In this document: piece after piece, positions 1 to 9,445 of the stretch
Layout: every line of letters begins with the position of its first letter
Position numbering within the stretch: the stretch's first letter is position 1
Virus record (IMG/VR): IMGVR_UViG_3300045999_011383
Length of the DNA: 64,000 nucleotides
From: a virus
Direction: 5' to 3' (one strand)
The notes under the pieces: model-generated
Told to the model about the DNA's origin: nothing
Seen by the model: the letters and a program-made list of their open reading frames with translations, nothing else
Database searches by the model: none
Translations under genes and position numbers: made by a program

Positions 1-215
1 CCTAAATTTTCTGTTAAAAATTCATCTATTTCTACATATTCAAATTGATTATCTATGGTCAGGGTTAAAGTTTGGGTTGCTGTAGTTTGATTAAGTTGAC
101 TCCTGTTTCCCCTCTCGTCAACCCCACCCTCGAAAATCCGAGAAATAAAACTAGATTCATACTGTACCGCATTATCCCACTTTAACTTTAAAGAACTTGG
201 TGCAACTGCATACAT
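1..215 (-). CDS. hypothetical protein, first 71 codons only (gene runs off the left edge)
   Basis: ATG at 215..213 opens a stop-free reverse frame down to position 1 (MYAVAPSSLKLKWDNAVQYESSF...). It is absent from the ORF track because no stop lies in the window. Confidence 0.35.
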   Translation of the reverse strand, partial: MYAVAPSSLKLKWDNAVQYESSFISRIFEGGVDERGNRSQLNQTTATQTLTLTIDNQFEYVEIDEFLTENL

Positions 216-229
216 ATTTTAATGATAAA

Positions 230-252
230 GCTGTTGGTTATTAGCCAACAGC
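230..252 (-). terminator. hairpin downstream of the 377..886 gene (terminator or 5' UTR structure)
   Basis: GCTGTTGG-7 nt-CCAACAGC stem. On the minus strand it is followed by TTTATCATT. Confidence 0.3.
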
Positions 253-376
253 ACCCTTAATTTATCAGAGTTTGACATCTACAATTATATCACAAAAATC
301 AAACTTTAGCTACAGTTACAACTTCTAATGTTGATATTTAATCATGCCCTCTTGAGACTTGTTCCAAATATCATTT

Positions 377-886
377 TTAATCATCTGTTTCCTGGATGTT
401 TGAAAAGATAACCATTTCTAATTTAAGCTTACCGTCATCATGAACTGTTTTAAATGTCACCTCTTTTTCTTTGGTTTTCCAGCTTCTTCTAACGTATCTT
501 CTAAGCGCTCCTGTGGGAGTAATCGTATCACCCACAGAATTTGTTTTTACCGGAGCATCTTTGTACTTTTTGGTTAAGTATTCCAAATGGGTGCTAACAT
601 CAGTAGACAATAATATTATTTCATTTAATTTATTGCTGTCAAAAATATAGCAAACAACGTAAACAGCGTTATAGCCAGTCCAGTAAGTATTGTAAACCTC
701 TCTGCCTAACTTAAAGTCTTCACCGCAAGTACCTTTCATGATCTCAAGCTTGTTTGGTGCAACTTTAGACACCTGCTCCAGGGTCATTCCCCATTTAGCA
801 CCACCCCATTGAGCTTTTGCCGGGGACGTAGCCATCAATAGTAATGATAATCCAATTCCTAGTGTTTTTAATAACATATTTGTCAC
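377..886 (-). CDS. secreted protein of unknown function
   Basis: 169-aa ORF. N-terminal signal-like segment MTNMLLKTLGIGLSLLLMATSPAKAQ. Confidence 0.6.
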   Translation of the reverse strand: MTNMLLKTLGIGLSLLLMATSPAKAQWGGAKWGMTLEQVSKVAPNKLEIMKGTCGEDFKLGREVYNTYWTGYNAVYVVCYIFDSNKLNEIILLSTDVSTHLEYLTKKYKDAPVKTNSVGDTITPTGALRRYVRRSWKTKEKEVTFKTVHDDGKLKLEMVIFSNIQETDD

Positions 887-946
887 CTGGTTATGTTTGT
901 GCTAAAATCAAAAAATGCCAGGAAAGCAGACCTGGCAAAAAGCGGG

Positions 947-1435
947 CTAAATCTGAAGAAACAAGTTTAATGTGGGAATAGGCACGGGGAGATGAGAGCA
1001 AAAGTCTACCCCGTTTTTCTTTGCCCATCTTCTTAGTGTCCGCACAGATACAGACTTACCTAGCTGTCTCTGTAGCCAGTTCGGTACATCCTTTCCTAGT
1101 ACACCATCAATGCGTACTCCATTTCCCAACGCTTGATCCAATGCTACTTTTGTTGCAGGTTGGTTTAGGCGTGTAATTATTTCTTTTAAACTAATACGGG
1201 ACTGCCAACCAGCAGGGTGTTTGTTCCCTCGCTTTTGCTCACACCGCATATACGCAAGCATGAATAATCGCTGGGCATAAGTCTTGTCAACCATTGGTTC
1301 AGTGCCTTTCGGGTTTTTGCGACCGTCCGGTACTCGACATATACGCTTGTATTTCCGCCAGGTGCGATCGCATATTGCACCATTATAGAGTTCTACACAA
1401 TTAGCCCGTACCCAACGCTCAGGGTATTCATTCAT
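947..1435 (-). CDS. hypothetical protein
   Basis: 162-aa ORF in a co-oriented, tightly packed minus-strand gene string. Basic, with a helix-like SVRTLRRWAKKNGV segment. Confidence 0.5.
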   Translation of the reverse strand: MNEYPERWVRANCVELYNGAICDRTWRKYKRICRVPDGRKNPKGTEPMVDKTYAQRLFMLAYMRCEQKRGNKHPAGWQSRISLKEIITRLNQPATKVALDQALGNGVRIDGVLGKDVPNWLQRQLGKSVSVRTLRRWAKKNGVDFCSHLPVPIPTLNLFLQI

Positions 1436-1661
1436 AAACTACAATTGCCTCCATTAGTTCTTGTAATGTAGTAAAACTGTGAGAATTGCTACGGTATTTC
1501 TCCGCAGTGTCTAGAATTTTCTCAGCTATATATTCGTTTTCGCAAATAATAACCAATGCTTCTAAAACCTTTCTTGCTTGATGATTCTTAAGATCATTGC
1601 ACTCACTATTCAGGTATTGCAACATAGTCAACAATGGAACTTTCCACATACTTACCTCCAC
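1428..1661 (-). CDS. hypothetical protein
   Basis: 77-aa ORF overlapping both neighbours by a few nt (operon packing). Confidence 0.45.
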   Translation of the reverse strand: MEVSMWKVPLLTMLQYLNSECNDLKNHQARKVLEALVIICENEYIAEKILDTAEKYRSNSHSFTTLQELMEAIVVYE

Positions 1662-2137
1662 TCATCAGCCCAAATAAAATCAATACCAGCAGACAAGGCG
1701 CATTGCTGATCATCTCTGTTTACACCTACCATTAAAGCATGGGTTAGTGGTAGGGATGTATAATCCTCAATAAATTGGTGAATCATACCAGGCGCGGGCT
1801 TGCGGTAATTACGCCCAAAAGGTAACTCAACCCAAGCAGTATCACGATGACACCTATAAGCCGTACTTCCATCAAAGGTTGTACAGAAATTAACAGAACT
1901 TAAATTGGGTAACAATTCCATTGTGTAGATTTGTTCCTGAATACAAGATGATAATGTCTTTCTGCGTCCTTGTATTCCCACTTGGTTCGTAATTCCAGTA
2001 ATATCCCAATCCGAGTATTTACTAATGATGTCTGTGACACCTGGTATTAATTCCTGGTCTCGTGGGTTGAGAATAATATTACTTCCTGACTTAGATTGCC
2101 TAATGGCATTTAGGGACAAAAATAATATTTTACTCAT
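1652..2137 (-). CDS. HAD-superfamily phosphatase-like protein, catalytic motifs apparently degenerate
   Basis: HAD-like layout (ITGITNQ, YRKPAPGMI, MVGVNRDD). The DxDxT position reads FLSLNAI and the GDxxxD position reads GVNRDD. Confidence 0.45.
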   Translation of the reverse strand: MSKILFLSLNAIRQSKSGSNIILNPRDQELIPGVTDIISKYSDWDITGITNQVGIQGRRKTLSSCIQEQIYTMELLPNLSSVNFCTTFDGSTAYRCHRDTAWVELPFGRNYRKPAPGMIHQFIEDYTSLPLTHALMVGVNRDDQQCALSAGIDFIWADEWR

Positions 2138-2498
2138 CTTCTTTAGATTTTGTGAAGTTTAATCTTTTTCGTCTGCTGACATTTTTGTAGTGACCAAAAG
2201 ATTTCATCTGGATATCTTGTACTGATACTCCAAACTCAGCAGCCTTCTCTTTTTCGTGAGACTCAACTACTTGCTGTTCCTGTCTCCATAAAGTCGCTAC
2301 GGCCATTTTGATTACGTCCGTTATGTCCATGCCATAGCACGCACCTATTCTTAACACCTTGCGCTTTAACGCACTAGAGATTTTAGCGCGAACTTCCCTG
2401 GGTTCGTCACTAACTACTTTTTTGCCGTTGATCAACCCCCGGTCAGGATGGGTGGCAATATCCTTCTCAATCTCTTCTCTTGTCCGTGGCTTAGTCAT
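2130..2498 (-). CDS. hypothetical protein, possible ribbon-helix-helix DNA binder
   Basis: 122-aa ORF. The segment AKISSALKRKVLRIGACYGMDITDVIKMAVATLW resembles an RHH fold. Confidence 0.45.
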   Translation of the reverse strand: MTKPRTREEIEKDIATHPDRGLINGKKVVSDEPREVRAKISSALKRKVLRIGACYGMDITDVIKMAVATLWRQEQQVVESHEKEKAAEFGVSVQDIQMKSFGHYKNVSRRKRLNFTKSKEDE

Positions 2499-2629
2499 AT
2501 AGAACCTAAAACTATTATTTTCACTAATAGCACACTAATAGAGGAATATGCTATTTTTAAAATTAAAATCCCTCTAATTGTTGAGAGCAATTAGAGGGAT
2601 ATGTCACCCCGCACAGGAGCTAACTAATT

Positions 2630-2875
2630 ATGGCACGAATGAAGCTAATTGAACCAGTTTTACCCCAAAAAGAGGCAAAAGCAGCCGGACTAAATCCCGG
2701 CGATCGCGGCTACCAAAAGTTTTGTATCAACTGGGTTGAGCAAAAAATATCTAAATATTATGAAGGAACTGGGCTACAACCACCTGTAACCGCAACCGTC
2801 CAGAAATGGTTCTACGCCGACGAATTACCGGACTGGGTGGCTGTTTTCCTGCTGAATCTAGCTAAAAATAACTAA
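2630..2875 (+). CDS. hypothetical protein
   Basis: 81-aa ORF opening a plus-strand gene string, divergent from 2130..2498. Confidence 0.45.
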   Translation: MARMKLIEPVLPQKEAKAAGLNPGDRGYQKFCINWVEQKISKYYEGTGLQPPVTATVQKWFYADELPDWVAVFLLNLAKNN

Positions 2876-2986
2876 TCCAAAACCCCTTTAATTGTCAGCA
2901 AATGTGGGAAATCCCACATATCTATTGACGCTCTATTAGAGGGGTTTTATAGTAAGTACATACCGGACATGACCCGGACATGAGAG

Positions 2987-3277
2987 ATGAATCTACCAAA
3001 GATCAGCCGAAAAGAGGCGGGAGTAACTTTAAGCGTAAGCCAAAGACAAATACAGCGATATATCCGGTTTGGATTTGAAGTTTTAGGGGTGTTTGAAAAC
3101 TTTTTTAACGCCCAATCAGAGGAACTAAATGGCTTTCCTCTAACAGAAAAAGAACTTGCCGAACTAACTAAGATACAGCAGTTAATACGTAAGTACAAAA
3201 ACGTAAGAAACAGTCATCAACAAATCAAAAAGGAGTTTGATAGTGAGCAATGCACAAGTGATAATTTTAATCCGTAA
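2987..3277 (+). CDS. small HTH-like DNA-binding protein
   Basis: 96-aa ORF. RKEAGVTLSVSQRQIQRYIRFG looks like a helix-turn-helix. Confidence 0.45.
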   Translation: MNLPKISRKEAGVTLSVSQRQIQRYIRFGFEVLGVFENFFNAQSEELNGFPLTEKELAELTKIQQLIRKYKNVRNSHQQIKKEFDSEQCTSDNFNP

Positions 3278-3378
3278 ACCAGAAGGAGACGGCTATATAG
3301 AGTGGAGAACAGATGCACCGTTAAGCATCTTTACAGCCAAGGCTAAAAAAGAAATCAAACAAAAACTAGGAGTCACCA

Positions 3379-3924
3379 ATGAGCGTATTTAATATTATCA
3401 GAACTTACTTAACTCAAAATATTTCTGATGAAGAATTAGAAGCAAGAGCCATAGCGATCGCTAATGAAGTCGAGTTAGATTTAACCAGTATTTACGACCC
3501 TGAATCTGAAACCTTTAATGAGCCAAACGTCAAATTTATTGCTGAGGAAATTGATAAACAATCCGGGTCAATAGCATTAATTCCTAACAGCAACTCAATT
3601 GATTTAGTGACTGAAAAACCAGGAAAGAAAGCCCGAAATACCAAGAATAAAAGCACCGGGCATAATCCTATTGAGGATTTAAAGCCAGTTATCATACAAT
3701 TAAATCAAACAATATCTTCACGGGCAACAAACATGAAAAATATTGTTGCCAGAAAAGTTGAAGAAAAAGAGAATTCAATTGTAGATGATTTAGTTGGGCT
3801 GACTAACAACATGGAGTCAAATATTGTAGGAAAGTTTACGGCAGAACTCAAGAAGAGGTCGGAAGAAAACAAAAACTTTCTCGAAGAATTTGAGTCAGCT
3901 TTTGACGAGGCATGGGGTAATTAG
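3379..3924 (+). CDS. hypothetical protein
   Basis: 181-aa ORF, acidic and coiled-coil-like. GGAG lies upstream of the ATG. Confidence 0.5.
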   Translation: MSVFNIIRTYLTQNISDEELEARAIAIANEVELDLTSIYDPESETFNEPNVKFIAEEIDKQSGSIALIPNSNSIDLVTEKPGKKARNTKNKSTGHNPIEDLKPVIIQLNQTISSRATNMKNIVARKVEEKENSIVDDLVGLTNNMESNIVGKFTAELKKRSEENKNFLEEFESAFDEAWGN

Positions 3925-4090
3925 TGGCATTATTAGCCCTTCCTATTGGCTGGTAGCGGCCATATTTGCTCAATTGTTCATAGCATCAGGAATAGTAATT
4001 TATGCAGTTTCCCAGCCATCTAGAGACACAGGAGGATATCCAACAACCCCAGAAGAACCCACTAGAACTTACCGTGAAGCCCGGTGGTGA
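3890..4090 (+). CDS. possible small membrane protein
   Basis: 66-aa ORF with one hydrophobic span (YWLVAAIFAQLFIASGIVIYAV). It overlaps 4002..4403 in another frame, so one of the two starts is probably wrong. Confidence 0.3.
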   Translation: MSQLLTRHGVISGIISPSYWLVAAIFAQLFIASGIVIYAVSQPSRDTGGYPTTPEEPTRTYREARW

Positions 4091-4403
4091 GTTTGCAGTC
4101 AAAGGTTCTATTCCTGAAGATATCCTTGACAGGATCATCACGTCATCTGACTATCACAAAGATAAACAGTATCGCGCTGAAGAGCAAAGTCGGCGCGACG
4201 CAAAGTACCACAAAGATCAGCAGTATCGCATTGAACAACAGATTCAGCGCGATGCAACCATAACTAATATTTTCACTATTAGTTTTTTGGGGTTGACCTT
4301 TCTTGTATTAATTCTCTGTGCATATTTAAGTATCAACAAATCAACCAACCAGGAACATCAAAATGTTAGACAACATATTCGGGGGACTTGCGTCCAGCAA
4401 TAA
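4002..4403 (+). CDS. C-terminally membrane-anchored protein with an internal repeat
   Basis: Duplicated YHKD(K/Q)QYR(A/I)E(E/Q)Q..RDA motif, followed by the TM span IFTISFLGLTFLVLILCAYL. Confidence 0.45.
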   Translation: MQFPSHLETQEDIQQPQKNPLELTVKPGGEFAVKGSIPEDILDRIITSSDYHKDKQYRAEEQSRRDAKYHKDQQYRIEQQIQRDATITNIFTISFLGLTFLVLILCAYLSINKSTNQEHQNVRQHIRGTCVQQ

Positions 4404-4803
4404 TAAAACTGATCTAAAAGGAATTGGAACTAATGTCACAAAAATTGGGGACATGGGTAGTTCTTTAGCAAGAATTAAAGAGAGAATGATCCTTCCAGAA
4501 TCAGTTTCCGCCCAACAGGTTTTAAACGAAGCTAAACACACTGGAGAAATAGAAGCCCAATTAGAATTAGCAAGAGACATAGTTACCAGTAGAAGTCAGC
4601 AAATGGATCAGCTACTAAGGCTTCATGAGTTGAATGTTCAGCACACTCAAAAAGTAATGCAAGTTGATGAACGTTTAAGAGGGATTGAAGCTAGTCACGG
4701 TAAAGTTGTATCTAGGTATCAACTAGGCGCAGCAGAAACTCAAGTTAACTTAAACGCCTACGAAACAGTCTATACGGTTCAAGCTACGGAGATATTTTCA
4801 TGA
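4363..4803 (+). CDS. hypothetical coiled-coil protein
   Basis: 146-aa ORF with a 4-nt overlap onto the next gene. Confidence 0.5.
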   Translation: MLDNIFGGLASSNNKTDLKGIGTNVTKIGDMGSSLARIKERMILPESVSAQQVLNEAKHTGEIEAQLELARDIVTSRSQQMDQLLRLHELNVQHTQKVMQVDERLRGIEASHGKVVSRYQLGAAETQVNLNAYETVYTVQATEIFS

Positions 4804-5282
4804 TATTCAAGAGGAATAGTGAAGCCGACGCTACTCTATTCCGATTCTTTAATAAAGTTGGCTGGGGTGTGCTTTTGTACAATGCTTACACCCTGTACCC
4901 ACACTTTTACAACTTATTAAAGAGTGCGGAATATTGGCAAAGAATCTTTGCAAGTGCAGTAACAGTTGCTTTGATTTTGGGGATTGAATTATCTGTAACC
5001 ACGGTTTTATTTGACCCCAAAATATTAGTTAAGATTTTAGAAAAACCTAGAGCAGATAAAGAGGTGAAGCAAATATTTGATGCAGTGTTTTTTGTTGGTA
5101 TAACAGCTTTTTTGCTAATAGCAGCCTACACTTTCTGGACTGATTATCAAATCAATTTAAAACAGTTAGGCAATCCTTCCTTGATGTTTTTAAAGGTTTT
5201 GTGTGGGGTATTTGTTGTTGGTAGTGAATTAGCTTTTGGTTGTGCAAATGTCTTTTATTTAGCAAGCAAAGAGGAAGACTAA
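4800..5282 (+). CDS. multi-pass membrane protein
   Basis: 160 aa with about four hydrophobic spans. Confidence 0.55.
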   Translation: MIFKRNSEADATLFRFFNKVGWGVLLYNAYTLYPHFYNLLKSAEYWQRIFASAVTVALILGIELSVTTVLFDPKILVKILEKPRADKEVKQIFDAVFFVGITAFLLIAAYTFWTDYQINLKQLGNPSLMFLKVLCGVFVVGSELAFGCANVFYLASKEED

Positions 5283-5283
5283 G

Positions 5284-5379
5284 ATGTTAATCCCAGACAT
5301 CACAGGTATAATTACAATACTATTAATTGCACTGTTCTTAGGCATGATTTTGTACTTGCAATATGACATGAGAAGGTAA
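5284..5379 (+). CDS. possible 31-aa single-pass membrane peptide
   Basis: Hand-translated MLIPDITGIITILLIALFLGMILYLQYDMRR. It exactly fills the gap between two membrane-protein genes. Confidence 0.35.
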   Translation: MLIPDITGIITILLIALFLGMILYLQYDMRR

Positions 5380-5382
5380 GTA

Positions 5383-5670
5383 ATGGATAAAGAATTTTAC
5401 GGGGGGTTACTATTCTGTGGTTACGCAACCTTTCAGCTTCTAAGCTTTTTGTTAAAAGCATTTCCTGTTACCACTGGAGGGGCGATCGCACTAATATTTT
5501 TAGGATTATTACTAATAATAATTAGTGGCATTAATAACTGGTTAGGTTTGTACTACAAACATCACGGAATTCTCAATAAAACACAAAACATAGTAGGTTT
5601 TGCACCTATTTACACACTAGGAAGTTTAGCTTTATTTGCAGTCATGGTAGGAATTTATGCAGCATCTTGA
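5383..5670 (+). CDS. membrane protein
   Basis: 95 aa with three hydrophobic spans. Confidence 0.55.
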   Translation: MDKEFYGGLLFCGYATFQLLSFLLKAFPVTTGGAIALIFLGLLLIIISGINNWLGLYYKHHGILNKTQNIVGFAPIYTLGSLALFAVMVGIYAAS

Positions 5671-6166
5671 GAGAATTTTAAAACGACTAGAAACTTTGGC
5701 TTTGGACAACCCTGAACACATTATACTTGATGATTCCTGGTTAGATAATCTATGCGGTAGTTTAGTAGCACAAAAACAAAACTCAAGTCAAAATCAGTAT
5801 CCTCAACTAATAGTAACCGGGGAATTTGGCATTGGTAAATCAAGTTTGATTAAGATGATTCAGGAAAGAACTGGTTTCCACAGAGACGACATTTTGGAAA
5901 GACAAAGCCCACTAATTGCAAAAATTGGACTTACCAAAAAACAGCGAGAAAACATCTCTTTTATTGCAATGGGTACTCGTGTGATGGGGTACTTACTAGG
6001 CAGTCTTAATTACTGGAATATTAATCCAGAATTAGGTGTGCTTTTTGAAGAAGTACGGGATTTACTTGACAACGAATACATTCCTTGTGCATTGGTAATT
6101 CCCACGAATAAAGACCCTTACATAACATTAGCACCTAACCTACCAAAACCTTATGCAGATTCGTGA
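5657..6166 (+). CDS. short P-loop protein, truncated paralogue of the next gene
   Basis: Walker A GEFGIGKSS. Its N- and C-terminal blocks (DDSWLDNLCGS, ALVIPTNKDPYITLAP) match DDFWVDELCES and ALVIPTRGNPFVALIP of the 516-aa protein. Confidence 0.55.
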   Translation: MQHLERILKRLETLALDNPEHIILDDSWLDNLCGSLVAQKQNSSQNQYPQLIVTGEFGIGKSSLIKMIQERTGFHRDDILERQSPLIAKIGLTKKQRENISFIAMGTRVMGYLLGSLNYWNINPELGVLFEEVRDLLDNEYIPCALVIPTNKDPYITLAPNLPKPYADS

Positions 6167-7703
6167 AACCCCTTTTACCAAGGATAGAGACAACTTTCTC
6201 CCATTAATGATGACAGAACGATTATTAATGGGAACGCTGGCAATTACAGCCATAGCAGGTACTTTTTCCCCTGTATTATTTTCCCATCAAAATAACTCGG
6301 TTAAGTTGGTTCAGCAAATATTTGGATTATTCTCAGGTATTTGTTTTACTGGAGAATCTTATCGCAGGAAGCAAAAAGAAAAATTCTACAACTCCATAGA
6401 ACAGGCAAATTTAGCTATTGTCAACAATCAGCTTAAAGGGTCTTTTGCCTTTGAACAGTGTCGAACTCAGATTGATTCTAAGCGGGAATTAGCTTCTTAT
6501 GTCAACTTATTGCCAGAAATAGAACGACCCCGATGGACACAAGAATTTGGGCTACATGGCTTAGTTGAGTTACCGCAGATACAGCAAGCAGTCCTTGAAC
6601 AGCCTAAGCAGTTGCCCGGTTCTCGTAGTATTCCTAACCCAGAGGTTGCCACCATTGACGAACAATCAGTACAAGCAATTATCAATCCTAGCGTAAGACA
6701 ACTACTGCAAGAATTAGCATCTCAGTATCCTGAATATGTGCGGATAGATGATTTCTGGGTTGATGAATTGTGTGAAAGTTCATCTAGACAAAACATGAGC
6801 GATCGCGCCAATCATCACTTTAGTTTTTGGGGAGAAACCCAATCAGGGAAATCAACTTTAGCAGGTGTTTTTATCAATAAGATTGCTGCTAATTCACAAA
6901 GGCCAGCTTATGTGTTTTGTTCAGATCCCAAGAATTACTTAACAGCTTGGTTGTGTAAATTTAGCCGCAAGTTTGATGGGTTTAAAACCAATTTAGATCA
7001 TTGGGTTACTTTTGCCACGAAAGTTATAGATGCACGTCAGGATGAGTTTAAAAACAACCGCAAGGGTGAAGGATTAAGTGAAATATTCTTGGTTCAAGAC
7101 GAGGTTAATGTTGTTTATGGTGAGGGCAAAGGACTACTTGGACAAGTACCAAAAGAAACGGCAATGAACCTTTGCGCTATGTGGAATTATATTATTAATT
7201 TCACCGCAGCCATGAAAATTCACGGCATCTTTATGGGACAAAATCCATTAAGTACCTACACTGGTTTTTCCCGTCCTGCACTTAAAAATATTTGCTTTTT
7301 GGCATTGGGGAAAGTGTCCAATTATGTACTTACTAGAATGCCAGAATTGTTAAATGTCAAAGCAGAAATATCTGATTTGTTTAGTCAAGTGTGTGAACTC
7401 TTAGACAGGGAACAGGTGAGATATGCCCTGGTAATTCCTACTCGTGGTAATCCATTTGTAGCCTTAATTCCGGTATTTGATATTGATGCAATGGAACAGG
7501 TCAACGAACCCCAAGAAACTGCTCCTAAGCAAGACGCAGTTAACTATTACGAAATACTGATTGAATGGATTAAAGAATTAGAGAGATTCCCCACCAACGA
7601 TGAACTAAAAGCAGCCTGGAAACACTTGACCGAACAGGAACTAAATGATAACGGGATTGAGTTACTAGCGTCCAAATTAAAAGAGGAATGGGAAAATGAG
7701 TAA
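6153..7703 (+). CDS. membrane-anchored P-loop NTPase (FtsK/HerA/coupling-protein-like)
   Basis: Two N-terminal hydrophobic spans, Walker A GETQSGKST and Walker-B-like IFLVQDEVN. Confidence 0.55.
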   Translation: MQIRETPFTKDRDNFLPLMMTERLLMGTLAITAIAGTFSPVLFSHQNNSVKLVQQIFGLFSGICFTGESYRRKQKEKFYNSIEQANLAIVNNQLKGSFAFEQCRTQIDSKRELASYVNLLPEIERPRWTQEFGLHGLVELPQIQQAVLEQPKQLPGSRSIPNPEVATIDEQSVQAIINPSVRQLLQELASQYPEYVRIDDFWVDELCESSSRQNMSDRANHHFSFWGETQSGKSTLAGVFINKIAANSQRPAYVFCSDPKNYLTAWLCKFSRKFDGFKTNLDHWVTFATKVIDARQDEFKNNRKGEGLSEIFLVQDEVNVVYGEGKGLLGQVPKETAMNLCAMWNYIINFTAAMKIHGIFMGQNPLSTYTGFSRPALKNICFLALGKVSNYVLTRMPELLNVKAEISDLFSQVCELLDREQVRYALVIPTRGNPFVALIPVFDIDAMEQVNEPQETAPKQDAVNYYEILIEWIKELERFPTNDELKAAWKHLTEQELNDNGIELLASKLKEEWENE

Positions 7704-7899
7704 GAAGTTAGAGGGCTTTATCTTAGGGTCAGAACAGGGATTAATCCATAAGAATACTGGACTTTATGACATTATTTTCACCACCAAAATAAGGGAAGCA
7801 AGACTGTTTAATTCAAGACGTGAAGTTGACACTTTTAAAACATTAAGAGGATTAGATTTGATGCCACTAACTTGTTATCAAATCTGTCAACAAACATAA
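7696..7899 (+). CDS. hypothetical protein
   Basis: 67-aa ORF overlapping the previous stop codon. Confidence 0.45.
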   Translation: MSKKLEGFILGSEQGLIHKNTGLYDIIFTTKIREARLFNSRREVDTFKTLRGLDLMPLTCYQICQQT

Positions 7900-7916
7900 T
7901 GAATACTTTGCTGGCA

Positions 7917-7948
7917 AAAGAGTATATGAGTAATTGTATACTCTTTTT
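7917..7948 (+). terminator. rho-independent terminator
   Basis: AAAGAGTATA-10 nt-TATACTCTTT stem followed by TT. It lies just after the 7899 stop. Confidence 0.5.
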
Positions 7949-8059
7949 AAGCATTAAAAATTATCGTTATTTATGTTTGATTACCTATGCTAATATATTG
8001 TTGTATAATAACAAAAGTTCACTAATTTATTTTTTTAATTTTGGTTTAGAGCGAAGATT

Positions 8060-8878
8060 ATGTTTAGCCCACAGCAAGTATTAGACTACATAAAAACGCG
8101 GGGTGGCGATGTTGAACTAAGGGATTTAAACCACTTTGGCAATAGTTTAATCAAAAGATTAGAAGCAGCAAGATGTATTAAGATAACTGGTAGGGTAGGG
8201 GAACTTAAAGTATCTCTAATTTGCAGTAATTTTGACAGCAAGCAACAGAAAAATATTGAACCCACTGAAACCATTGTTCAACCCCCAAAACACCCTGAGA
8301 AGGCAAAATTAAAAAAGCCTAAAACACCATATAAGCGACTTAAACCCAAAAAAGAAAAAGCCCCAGGGATAAAAACTAAGTGTAAATTGTTAAGAGAATC
8401 AATACTTAATGAAATCAAAAAGTCCAATAAACCCATGTCCACAGAAGACATAAGAACGGCACTAACTTTAAATATGAGTGCAAAAAGGGTTTACTATCAT
8501 TTAAAAAGTCTTGAAAAACAAAATTTAATCACCTCATTTGATTGGCATATTATCTTTTGGGTAAGTATAGAGAAAAAAGACTTATTGAACAAAGCTCCCG
8601 CAATGTATGTACCAAGAGACAGAAACAAAGCCCTTGTTTTAGAAGTTTTAAAAACCGCAGATAAAGCGTTGTCTGTAAAAGATGTTGTTGCATTGTTGTT
8701 CTTTAAATTGTCCGCATATACAGTCAGAAGAATATTGTCAATACTTATTCAGGACGGCATTGCTCAAAGCAATGTTGTTCCTAGTAACAAAGAATTTTAC
8801 TATGCTTGTAACGACAACACAAAAGCAATAATAAGTTTGCAAAAATTAAAAAAAACAAAGTTTTCTCCCCTGAATTAA
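8060..8878 (+). CDS. multi winged-helix DNA-binding protein
   Basis: 272 aa with three wHTH-like segments (for example STEDIRTALTLNMSAKRVYYHLKSLEKQNLITS) and a Lys/Pro-rich linker. Confidence 0.5.
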   Translation: MFSPQQVLDYIKTRGGDVELRDLNHFGNSLIKRLEAARCIKITGRVGELKVSLICSNFDSKQQKNIEPTETIVQPPKHPEKAKLKKPKTPYKRLKPKKEKAPGIKTKCKLLRESILNEIKKSNKPMSTEDIRTALTLNMSAKRVYYHLKSLEKQNLITSFDWHIIFWVSIEKKDLLNKAPAMYVPRDRNKALVLEVLKTADKALSVKDVVALLFFKLSAYTVRRILSILIQDGIAQSNVVPSNKEFYYACNDNTKAIISLQKLKKTKFSPLN

Positions 8879-8964
8879 GTTAAGATCAAAATAGTTTTTG
8901 AACCTACTACTCCCATGTCAAATCAACACTCAAGTGAGTATGTTTCCCACCAAAAAGATGAATT

Positions 8965-9321
8965 ATGCAGTTGGGAACTATGAAAAATACTCAATCAAAA
9001 ATAGACTACAGTAAGCGATACGGAAATCCTAGAAAGTATCGCCAACAATGCGCGATCGCTCACAAGTCAACCCATGGGCTATGCTGTTATTGCATTACTA
9101 GCAAATCAGATGAATTACATCATGCCTACTACGGCAAGGATGTCATAGGAGAATCGGTATTTCCTGTTTGCTTACGTTGTCATCAAACTATCTGTCATGA
9201 CCCCAAGAATTGGATTATAGACCACAAAAATCAATTGTGGAAAAATAGAAACACCACCAAGTTTTTAGAAAGACTAAAATTAGGTTACAGGCTATTATAT
9301 GAAGGCATAAACCTGATATAA
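8965..9321 (+). CDS. HNH/Zn-finger nuclease-like protein
   Basis: CCYC...DELHHAYY...CLRCHQTICHD arrangement of Cys and His residues. Confidence 0.45.
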   Translation: MQLGTMKNTQSKIDYSKRYGNPRKYRQQCAIAHKSTHGLCCYCITSKSDELHHAYYGKDVIGESVFPVCLRCHQTICHDPKNWIIDHKNQLWKNRNTTKFLERLKLGYRLLYEGINLI

Positions 9322-9344
9322 TGTCAATGTGTAATAAGACCCCA

Positions 9345-9376
9345 GGATGGGAAACTGCGCTCCCATCTTTTTTTTA
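9345..9376 (+). terminator. rho-independent terminator
   Basis: GGATGGGA-8 nt-TCCCATC stem followed by a run of 9 T. Confidence 0.6.
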
Positions 9377-9445
9377 TTGCACACATTAATAAAAATAAAT
9401 GGTATAATAAAAAAGTCTTTTGGCTGTTACCCTGTTGTATAACCA

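Noticed and set aside
6153-7703. The 516-aa Walker ATPase as the terminase large subunit.
   Set aside because: It has two N-terminal transmembrane-like segments and no recognisable C-terminal nuclease motif. It also sits in a membrane-protein operon far from the structural genes.
7872-8084. 70-aa ORF in the gap between 7899 and 8060.
   Set aside because: The stretch is AT-rich and contains a terminator hairpin and promoter-like boxes. The amino-acid composition (Leu/Ile/Asn/Tyr) reflects AT bias.
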